64,000 nucleotides of DNA from Lingula anatina (lineage: Eukaryota > Animalia > Brachiopoda): contig CM120640.1 in the NCBI GenBank assembly GCA_051362555.1, positions 21,638,001 to 21,702,000 on the forward strand, in the 5' to 3' direction. This document shows positions 25,601-37,600 of this stretch, in pieces; position 1 is the first letter of the stretch, and each line of letters begins with the position of its first letter. A program made the translations under genes and the position numbers. The notes under the pieces are model-generated. The model saw only the letters and a list, made by a program, of their open reading frames with translations, was not told the DNA's origin and ran no database searches.

Positions 25601-28600
25601 CAGTGGTGTATTCACCTTTGAAAAGGGCCAAGAGCTTTTGTTGTTAACTGCTCCAGTCTGTCATATAACAACCATTACAACCAAAATTCACCCCATCAAC
25701 CAGTTTGAGCATCCAAAGGTTCAACCCTCAAGGGAGTTGGCTGTTGCTAAGAAAAAGCTCACCTTGTCTCAGGCTGTTTCAAGAGGCTTGGTTGATGAAC
25801 AACAAGGGACTTTTACTGATCCAGCCACGGGACAAAAAACATCTGTGGAGAATGCTATAACATCAGGCAGACTTGGACTCATCTCAGAGGTGATCCAGGC
25901 TCATCCCATGGACTTTGATGTTTCTGAAACATCACGTCATGTTGAAACAGGAAAAGACTCAAGGATGGAAGTAGATGTCAGAGATTCATATAAGCAAGAA
26001 ACTTCAGGCAATATGCAGACCTTCAGAGAGACACATGTCAAGGATAGGAAAATAGCCAGAGCCCGAGTTGAGGAAGAAGATGATAGTGATGAGGAAATGG
26101 AAGAAGAAATATTAACCCTTTCAAAATCTCTTCTTCATGATCTCTTGAATGCTAAAAGTGGCTACTTCTTGGAGAAAAGCACCAGAGAGTATATCACATT
26201 GCTAGATGCCTTACAAAAAGAGTTGATCAGCAGAGATTCTGCAGTATTTGTAGATCCGCAGACCAAGGATAGTATGAACATTGAAGATGCCATCAGGAGA
26301 GGTTTCCTTGAGTCAACGGGACATTACACAGATGCTTTGGGGAAGAGGATGTCCCTTGAAGAAGCGATACAAAAGAATATTGTCATCTTCAGAAACAAAG
26401 AAGGTGGCGTCATCACCCAGGCCCTCAAGGAAACCCACAAATTTACTGTAATTGGAGTTATTGATGCTCAGACAGGAGCCCATCTTCCCGTAGGAAAGGC
26501 AATTCAGCTTGGGCTGCTTGATCAGAGTCAGGGACTCTACATAACTAGGAATAGAATGGGACAGCCAGTCAAGTTACCAATACGAAACGCAATTCAGGAA
26601 GGTCTTGTCATTATTGACAGTGGTGCTACCAGAGTGACCAGAGTGGAAGAAACACAAACACTATCTGAAAGAATAACCTATCAGATCAAAGCTGTTAAAG
26701 ATCCCATATTTAGGACACCTATGGCTATATCTGAAGCAGTCAAAACTGGGATCCTGAACCCAAGTAATGGCCAATACACCAATACAGAGACAGGGCAGGT
26801 GTTTCAGCTCTCAGAGGCTATAGAAAAAGGCTTTGTTATTGCTGAAGTAGTCAAAGGGGATTCAACTGATGGCTCAGGCAGTAAGATAGTAACACGGAGA
26901 CAAACCACTTTCACCATCAAGGCAGTGATAGATGCAAAATCAGGAAAACAAATTTCTGTCACTGAAGCTATGAAAAAGGGAATCTTGGATCAGGTACAAG
27001 GCGTTTACATTAACAACAAGACATATGAAACTCTCTCCCTCAGTGAAGCAATTGATAAAGGCTTTGTTATCGCAGAAGCAGGCCAGCTCAAAAGAGAAGA
27101 ACGCCAGGAGAAGGTTTCCAGTCTTCACATTGAAGATGACTTGGAAGAAGTGGCATCTGAAGAAGTAGCTGAACAGGTGCAAAAGATTGTCATTAGGACC
27201 GTTACCGATCCTCGAACTAAAAAAGAACTAGCCTATGACGATGCAGTTCAGCAAGGCATCCTTGACCATGCTAGGGGCTTGTATTATAATCCAACCACTG
27301 GTCGATCTATGGCTATTGCAGATGCCATGAACAGTGGCCTCATCCAAGCTGAGGTTACTATGGTTACCAGAGAGGCAGGTATGAGTGTCTCCACTGCTAG
27401 GGGAACAAAGGATGGTTTTGACATAGAATCTGTGGTAGATCCACGATTTCAGATGGTGATTAGTGTTGACAGAGCTATGAAAGCAGGTATTTTGGACAGG
27501 GATCTAACTACCTATACACACCCATGGACAGGGCTTCAAGTTTCAGTAAAAGAGGCAGTAGAACGAGGGCTGGTTAACCCCCAAGACAAGTCTCCATTTC
27601 ATATCAGCCAACTGGTAACTACAGTGTTCCAGGAACTAGAACAGAAGCAGGCTGAAGAAAAGAGAAATGCCATGCCCGAGGATGCAGTAGAAATAAAGAT
27701 TGATCATCAAGCAAAAGAGACCGACACAGATTCCATAACCATCACAATGGATGCTCCTAAAGTTGTGTCAAAGAAAACAGGTGAGCCAGTGTCCAGCGAA
27801 GCCATCTCCATTGAAGTGACTTCTGCCCTCAGTTTCAAAAGTGCTGTCAAACTTGGACTTTTCAATACTGAAACTGGCAAGTTCAGAGATCCTGCAAGTG
27901 ATGAAACCATGAGTTTGAATTTTGCCATAGCACGAGGATACATTGACCCAGATGCACCAGCAGTAACTGATCTCCCAACTGGAAAATCATATACCTTGAA
28001 AGAGGCCTTTGATAAGAACATTGTGATACCTTATTCTGGAAAAGTCAACCGAAATATCACAAACTTCATGGAAATTGTTCTGGATGATATATTTTTCTCT
28101 CAGACCTCCAGGTCTTTGAACATGAACATGGAAGATGCCATTAAATGTGGTCTGCTTGACACCAGTTCTGGTGCCTTCCATCACCCCATAAAGGCTGAGA
28201 GTGTTACCATTGGAAGAGCAGTAGAAAAGGATTACATCTGTGGAACTTCAGTATTTATTGTTGATCCAAACTCTGGACAGCGTTTTACTTTGGCACATGC
28301 CATTAGAGCTGGCATTATGGATAGTGAGACAGGAGAATTCAGGGACTCCCAGAGTGGCAGGAAATTGCTAAGTTTCACTGATGCTGTCAAGTCGGGATTG
28401 GTAGAAAGCGTATATAATCCAGTAACTGGTGAAGTAACTGATTTGTCTTCTGGTGAAAAAGTTTTGCTGGACAGGGCTATCAAACTTGGGCAACTAGATG
28501 CCAACGAAGTATCTGTGTATGATTTTGATGTTGGGAGGCGGGTGCCACTGGATGTTGCCATGAGAAAAGGTATTATTGAAAGAAGGTCTGGTAATTACAT

Positions 28601-31600
28601 TGACCAGAAAACGGGAGAAAAGAAATCAGCCAAGGAAATGGCCCAGCTTGGGTTGATATCAATCACAGGGGCTCCAGTTTTGCATGGAATGTCATTGTCA
28701 GAAGCCATTCAGTCTATCACTGTTAAGAGGACAGCTAAAATTTCAATACCGAAGTCAAGAAGGGAAGTAGAAGAAGAAGAGATGTCTTCACAAAGAGTTG
28801 ATAAAACTGCACGCAGAAAGATCATAGGACAGCCTCAGCTACAGTTGACTGGCAGCTCTACTGACTCCCCAGCCACCATAGAGTTTCATCCTGGTGACAA
28901 GCACCATGATGATGAACTTCTCTTTAAGGGTGAATCTCGTCTGCTAATATCCAGGCCTGAACAGCAAGTGCATCATTTAAAACCAACAACACCTATCAGC
29001 CCAGAGCCATCACCTGTGCTAGATACATCCATGTTTGAGAGGATTCAAATGACCAGCACTACAAAGCAGCATGTACCAGAACAGATAACCCAGAAATCTA
29101 CTAAGACTGTTCATCTGCAGTCAAGGCCACGTTTAGAAGAAAGTATGCAGAGAAGTCTACATATTGTTGAGGAACACCGTCATGTGGCTGGAAAATTTAC
29201 ACTAAATGAAGCAGCTTCTAATGGATGGCTTATTGTACCTTTGGCCAAAGTCAGGGATATAGACTCGGGTCGGATGTTTGGGATAGAACAAGCCATCAAG
29301 GAGAGAATAATAGAGGAATCTGAATCTGTAGTTTTGAACCCTATGGACCGTCAACCAATGACCCTGAAGGATGCCATTTCCAAAGGTGTTTTCAATCCAA
29401 GAAATGGAGATTTTACCAACATGGCAACTGGAAGAGTATTGACATTTTCAGAAGCTTCCCTAGAAGGTTTGATTCCTACAAATGTCAGCCGTAGGATTGT
29501 AGAACAGCTTCAAATTGAGCATGCTGCTCCTAGAAGACCATCTTTGCCCAAGGAAATTGGCATTACTTTCCAGGAAGCTATGGAAAGGGGTCTCATTGAT
29601 ATTGAGAACAAAACATTTTCTGAGCCAACAACAGGAGTTGTTATGCCCCTTGACACAGCAGTGGATAAGGGCTATCTCATCAATGTCAGTATTGAGCACA
29701 TAATGAGGATCATAGAAGAAATAAGGCTCCAAAAGATTGAAGAAATGGAAAGACAAAAAAGAATGATAGAAGAAGAAATGAGAAGAAAACAAGAAGAAGA
29801 AATGAGAAAATACAGAGAGGCTCAGTTGAAACGTGAAGAAGAACAAAGAAAAAGGCTGGAAGAAGAGCAGAGAATTAGGTATGAGGAAGAGCAGAGAATT
29901 AGGTATGAGGAAGAACTGAGAATCAGACGTGAAGAAGAAATAAGACGTAAACGTGAAGAAGAAAAACGTCGTGAGGAGGAAAGACTGCGTGAAGAAGAAC
30001 GGCGTCTTGAAGAAGAACTACGCATAAAACGCGAAGAAGAACTTCGTATAAAACGAGAAGAAGAACTTCGTATAAAACGGGAAGAAGAACTTCGCATTAA
30101 ACGCGAAGAAGAATTAAGGAGACAACGGTTAGAGGAGGAAAGACTACGCAGACTAGAACAAGAGCGTCTGCGTCAAGAAGAGGAGGAAAGAAGGCGTATT
30201 GAAGAGGAAATGAGAATTCGAATGATGGAAGATGAAGAAAGACGGCGTAGAGATAACCAAACAATAAATTTTACCAGTGTCAGAAGATACACTACCCAGG
30301 GAGGTCAAGAACTGCTTGGAATGAACATTTTTGATGCTGCTGATAATGGCCACTTAAATCCCATGACAGGGGCATTTACAGACCCTCAGACTGGTAATAC
30401 CTTCACCTTTGCAGAGGCACTGGAAGCTGCCTATCTTGATCCAACATCTGCACAGTTCATAGAACCGGAGACGAAAAGAACAATGAATATCATGGAAGCT
30501 TTAGATCAAAAGTTTCTTACCACAACAGGACACTATGTATATCCAGACACTGGCAGGAAAATCCACTTTGGTGAAGCCATGGATAAAGGTATCATAGTTG
30601 AATCTAAACATGAAGGTGAAGTTGTAAAGACAACTGTCATCAGGGAGCAGAAGCAAATGATTGTTGATTCAGTAACAGATCCTAGGAGTGGTAGGGACAT
30701 AACTTTCGACAAAGCTGTTAAAGATGGCATCTTGCAAACTGAGATGGAGAGATATGTTAATCCTAACACTGGAGAAGCAATGCCTATAAGTGATGCTGTG
30801 GATGAAGGTTTTATCACAGGTGAGATTGTTGACACTCAGGTTTCTACTGAAGAACATATTTCTTCGGCAGTGAGAAGAACCCTTCACATAACTGGAGCTA
30901 TTGATACAAGAACAGGAAAGATGGTTGCTCCAACTGAAGCTGTAGAAGAAGGTATTTTGGACCTGCCCAAAGCACAGTACAATGATCTGAGGTCAGGGCG
31001 TGTGTTGCCATTTGCAGAAGCAATTGAAAAAGGTCTGCTTTTTGCTGAAGATCACACTGTGCCTAAGAGAGCCTACAGCCTTCTGTCTGCAATGGATCCA
31101 ATTTCTGGCGAAACTATCAATATCAAGAATGCTCTTGACCGTGGAATACTTCTTGAGAAAACTGGGGTTTATGTCAACCCAAGGAGTGGAGCTACTGTTC
31201 CAGTGATTGATGCCATAAGGCAGAACTATGTCAAAGCCGAAGAGATAGAGACACCACCTGGTGTTAAAGCTGGCACAATAACTGAACAGACCCAGTATGA
31301 CATCAAAGTGGTTCTTGATGCTGCGAATAAGGAATGGTTATCCTTGATCAATGCAGCTCAGCGCAATATATTGGATTTGCAACGAGGACGTTTCACAGAT
31401 ACTCTTGCAAATAAAGTTATGTCTATCCCAGATGCAATTTCTCAAGGATTTATAAAAGCGGTATTGAAAACACAGTATATCTACACAGAAACAGCAGCTA
31501 CTGGAGCAATTTTCAGACAAACAAAGACAACCAACATCATTGAGGTCATTGATGCATCTACAAGGGAGAGGATGACAGTGATAGAAGCCATCAGGAGAAA

Positions 31601-34600
31601 GCTTTTAGATGAAGAAATGAAAACCTTTTATAACTCCCATACCAGAGAGAATATGACCATCCAGCAAGCAATTGATGCAGGTTTTGTCATTACCACACAG
31701 CAGCCTCGTACCTCAAGAACAGTACACACCAAAATTGACTTCACATTTGATTATATCGTCTTGGAGGGCAACAAAGAAAAGATGAGTGTAGATGATGCTA
31801 TACAGCGTGGTTATCTTGACCCAGCAACAGGTTGCTTCATTCATCCATTGACTGGAGGCCTTATCACCTTAGAAGAGGCCATTAAAAGGAAACTCATCAA
31901 AACCCAACCACCCTTAAAACAAACCAGAGAGAAACCAAGCCACATTGATATTCAACAAACACCAGAGATCATTGTAACACCAGAAACACCAAAGCAAGTG
32001 AAACCTCCATCAAAACCTCCTGAAGAAGAAGAAGATCATATTGAACTGAGAGAGATTGCAAGATCAGATATCACACCAGAACGCACTCTACAGGCTGCTA
32101 GCTCTCGTGAAAATCTTTCTTCTCCAACATCTCCTGGCTCTATGCCTGTGAGTGGAGGCACTGTGTCATTCTCCATAAAGTCTGTCATTGACCCAAGGAC
32201 AGGAGAGGAAATAACAGTGGGGGAGGCAGTCAGGCATGGTTATTTGGACAAACAGGGAAGAAATTATGTCAATCCCCAAACCAATACAAGAATACCTATA
32301 GAAGAAGCAGTAAGACAGGGTCTTGTAAAGTTGTATTCTTCTGATCCTTTTGGCAAAGGAACTAGTCCATTGGCGAAAGATACCAAGTCCTTTTCTATAA
32401 AATCAGTTTTAGACCCAAGGACAAATGAAGAGATATCTGTTGCTGAAGCTATCCGCCATGGCTATTTGGATAAACATTCTAGGTGTTATGTTAATCCTTA
32501 CACTGATGAGAAGATACCTTTAGATATTGCAGTGCAGCAGGGTTTGATAAGAGTGGTCCATGTGGAAGATTCAGTAAAGCATACTTTGCAAGAAGCACTA
32601 CAACAAGGCCTTATTGATGTTGCAAGAGGGCGCTATACTCACCCAAACACTGGAGAAAAGATGAGCATTGATGAAGCAGTGCATCGTGGCCTCCTTATTG
32701 GAGAATCCAGGGAGGACTTGACAGCTCTTGGTAACAAATCTGCTTCCATGGCCTCTCTCCCTTTTGTTGGAAATGGTGTCACGTTTACTGCAGCCTTCCA
32801 GCTAGGGCGTATTGATCCTAATACAGGTCTTTATCATGATCCTGGGTCTGGACACAAGATGTCAGTCGGTGAGGCAGTTAAACAAGGTCTCATAAATCCA
32901 GGATCATCTACCACGACCATGACCAGAACTATCACAAAGAAAGAACAGAGAAGTTTTACAAACCAAGGATCTGCTACACTTCCTCCACGGCCATCTGCAT
33001 TCAGAACCATTTCCCAAGATGGGATGGCAACTGCAAGAAGGGGGTTGTCCTTTGTTGAAGCCTTGGAAAGAGGTCTAATTGATCTCCACAATCAAACCTT
33101 CAAGCATCCCAGAAGTGGACATCTGTTGACCTTTGAACAGGCCAAACAAGCTGGTTTACTTAGATACACAGAGAGAGGACAACCCATGTTGTTTATAGAA
33201 GCCCTGGCCAGAGGTTTAGTAAACCTGAAAAACCAGACCTTTGCCCATCCACTAACTGGTCAAAGAATGGGTATAGATGATGCCTTCTTAAATGGATACA
33301 TTGTGTCTAACACAAGATCACCAGTCATTACCACATGGTCATCCACCATGGCCAGTCGGTCAGTTTCAGTTGGAGAGGCTATACAGCAAGGCCTGATAGA
33401 CCCAAGGACAGGATTGTTCACTGATGCTTCAACAGGTGCAAGTATGCCAGTGGAAGAGGCAATTAATCAAGGCTTACTGGTGCCCAGGCTGACCAGAACT
33501 ACATCAACCATGAACCTTCATCGTAGGTCTTACTCCTCCTCTAACTTAGACAACATGAATTATGATGGTCGCACAATGCAGAGAGCTGGCTCACAAACAC
33601 AAGTGAACCTTGGATATGGCTCTATGCAGAGAGCTCACTCTCAGATGCAGGTGAATCGTGAAGCTGGGGGCACCATGCAGAGATCACACTCACAGACACA
33701 GTTAATGCCTAGATATGACCAGGGTTATGCTACTTTGGCTGTACCACCTTCAGGCCAAAGTCAGGGTATGTTCCATGAGAACAGGCATTATAAGACCACC
33801 AAATTTACAAAACAAAAGCAGTACCGTTCTTACGTGATCAACCCAGGTTATTACATTGATGCCCAGAAGAATGTTGCTAACCAGGTGACTGGGCAGGTGA
33901 TGACCATACAAGAGGCCATTGATGCAGGCATCTTCCGCTTTACTGACCAGCCACAGGCTGAAAATATCCAAGCTGCTACCAGGGGCCGTAGTGGATCAGC
34001 AACACTACAGAAGTCCTACAGGCCATATTTCTTGAACCCTGGTTATTATATAGATAACCAAAAGAAAGTTGTTAATGAGATTACAGGTGAGACGATGACC
34101 ATACAAGAGGCCATTGAAGCAGGCATCTTCCATTTCACAGACCAGCAGTCTGGTAGTCGTAGCAGAACTTCTAGTTTGGATCGCAGGGACAGCAGGGGCA
34201 GTGCAGGTAGTGTAAGCACATTTGGTAGGGGTCACATGTCCAGCAGCAGGGAGCAGCTTGCAGATCAACAACTTGCAGATCAGGTACGTGTTTTTGCTTA
34301 TTGAGAATGGCTTTTGATTTTATTATTTTTATTTTATTATTTTTTGGTTGCATTTATTTTATTTGTGAGTCCAACACTCAGAGGGTGGGTCTTTCTGGGA
34401 AGGGGGTTCTTGCATGAGGGCTGTGGGATTATACAGAGGCCAAACTAAGCTTGTTTCCACATGCACTAACCTGAAATCATACCTGGGTACTCCTAGGCTG
34501 GAATGCATTGGAGATGCTTTTATCCTCATTGCTTTACAGGGTGTTCAATCTCAGAGTATAGAGTCTCGCCGCTTGCTTATTAAAGAAAACAGACAGGGTG

Positions 34601-37600
34601 AGGGTGACTTTCCCCTTACACCTGCTTCTCAGCATGGATTACAAAGTCTTCAAGTGTCCTCAGACTCTAGAGTTCAGCAGCTAGAGAGAAGAGACAGTCA
34701 GCAACATAACCTGGTAGAAACTTGTAATATTCAAGTACCCTCCCTCCCAATGGGAAACACTAACATTGCATGGCATGTGTCTACCGGTTTGTCACAGCGT
34801 AAAGGTTTGAGTTTGACTGAAGTATTTCATCAAGGACTGTTTGATCCATCATCTCAAGTTTTCATCGATGCAGGTACTGGTAGTGTCCAAGGCCTGACGC
34901 TCCAGAGTGCAATAGAAAGTGGTCTTATTGACAGTGAACGAACTTTGATAAATTTACCATCTTCAAACCAGCCAATGACCCTATCTGATGCCATAACACA
35001 GGGGCTGGTCAATCCTAAGTCAGGAGAAGTGATGGATGTATCCACAGGTGAAAGTATTAGTCTTCTCGAGGCTTACAACTCCGAGTTTATATCAGATTCA
35101 GCTAAGGCATTAACATTATCTGAGGTAGTCCAGCTCGGACTTTATGATGATCAGACTGGATTAATTACTGGTCCAGGCTCAGAGAAGAAGATCACATTAA
35201 GAGAGGCTATTCAACATAGCCTGATTGATCCATCTTCCAAAGAAATTAAACACCCATCCACAGGGCAGATGCTGACACTGCAAGAAGCAGTGGAGCAAAA
35301 CCTCCTGGATTTAGATTCAGGTGAATTGCTTATCTCACATTCTGGCGAGAGAATCAACTTGGCAACTGCTGTAGACATGGGCGTTATTCTGGATACATCT
35401 GCCATTCCTCCATATTTACAACAACTAGTAGAAGGATTCTGGGACAAGTCATCAGGTAGGATCATTGACCCCGTGTCTGGGAAGATGCTAACTTTAGAAA
35501 AGGCCATTGAAACTGGAATATTGGACCCTAATAAGTTATTACTTAGAGACCCAGAGACAAATGAAGCTGTCCCATTGTTAAATGCAATACAAACTGGTAT
35601 TGTGGACACCAGCACTGGGCGTGTGTTTGACCCAACCAAAGGCAAAGATATATCATTTGACCAGGCAGTCAAAGAAGGAAGAGTTATACAGACACAATTG
35701 TTGCATGTTCCAGAAGATGAAGATATTCATATGGAAAGTGGAAACAAAGGTTTAAACAAAGCAATTTCTGATGGCATTTTAGACTCCACAAGTAAAATTT
35801 ACGTCCCAGAGACCCATGAAATGTTAAGTATTCCAGATGCCATTGCTTTAGGCATTGTAGACCCAGAAAAAGGCGTTGTGAACATTTCCCAAAAACAATT
35901 GACACTCCAGCAAGCTGGACATGCAGGGCTGTTGAGAAAACCTGAGCTACCAAGAACCTTTACTCAGGCAATAAGTTGTGGAGCATTGAATCCTTCCACT
36001 GGGATATACACTGATCCAGTGAGTGGAAGGCAAATGACTATGTTACAGTGCATGGATAATGATGTTTTTGATTCAACTGTGAAAGAATTTCAAGATTCTT
36101 GGTCCGGCAAGGAAGTTACTATGAGTGAAGCAATACAGCTTGCGATATTTGATCCAGAAACGTGTACAGTTCAAGACAGCAAAACTGATGAAAGATTGTC
36201 CATTACAGACGCACAAAATAAAGGTCTTCTGCTGCAGTTTAGAACTCCTGGAACATCTGAAAACAGTACACCAAAACTTAAAACAAGAACCGGTAAACAA
36301 AAATCCATTCCACCTCCTTTGACAGTAATAACAACTGCAGAGCTTTCTGAAAATCAGCAACAGAATGATTTTAGCTCAGCTGGGATAGCATCAAAGCTTC
36401 AAGTCCAGAGGCGAGACAGAGAAAGATCACCAAGTATAACTGAAGCAGTCACAGATGGACTGTTGGATACCAAAACTAACTATATCATAGATGCTAAAAC
36501 TTCTAAAAGGTTGTCAATGTCAGAGGCAGTGAAGAAAGGTGTAATAGATACCGATAACACTTTTATCAAAGATTCAGCCACTGGCCAACTGGTACCCATC
36601 AGTGAAGCAGTCTTGAAGGGTTTGGTGGACAGTGAACATGGTTTTGTGGAGGATACACTCACAGGTGTAAAGATTCCTTTAGAAGAAGCTGTAGCTCTTG
36701 GGTTGATAGTAGATGTTTCACAAACTTCATCTGACAAATCCTATGTTGATGGAAAACATAGTTATATATCTGAGAAAAAGAAAAAAAATGAAGGAAAAAA
36801 GAAAATTGCAGGAAAACCTAGTATTGAACATATAATTGGAAAGGAAGAAACGAAGGCTGCCATTCATACTTTAGATGATGCCATCAGAAGTGGCCAGATT
36901 GACTTTAATTTGTCTGTCTTCAAAGATTTACAGAGTGGACAGATGCTGCCAGTTGAAGATGCTGTTGGTAAAGGTTTGATAAATCCATCCACTGGTCAGG
37001 TTCACTTGCCATCTGGACATATCATAACACTAGCTGAGGCTTTAGAACGACAGCTGATTACAAAGAAGAAAGCCAACTTCTTGACCCTTGGTGAAGCTAT
37101 AGGCCAAGAAATATATGACCCACATACTGGCCATGTGGCTGACCCAGAAAGTGGGCAGGAAATCACTCTCCAAGAGGCACTTGATAGAGAAATTATTCAT
37201 CCTGAACATGCAGGCATTTTCATCCATCCTGTCACACAAGAGAATTTGACCCTTCAAGGAGCCATAGAAGTGGGACTGGTAGATGGTCAGGCTGGAAAAA
37301 TTGTCCATCCTGATAATGGAATGTTGGTCAGTTTAGATGATGCTATATCTAATGGTTGGCTTATTTCTTCGGCAACTCCCATTTCACCGTCAGAAGCAAA
37401 GGAGCAGGGTCTTGTTGACTTTTCTTCTGGATCCATAGTGGAACCAACTTCAGGTCAAGAACTAACATTTGAAGAGGCAGTAAAAGCAGGATTGCTCCAA
37501 GACAAAAATGTTGACACTTTGAGAAATATGTCAGCCGAGGATTTTGATTCAAACATTACTGATTTACAACATGAGGCATTCAAACTTGAGGCCAAATCTG

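Noticed and set aside
29822-30097. Minus-strand RSSSSRFI repeat ORF
   Set aside because: Antisense shadow of the GAA-rich ER/K tract.
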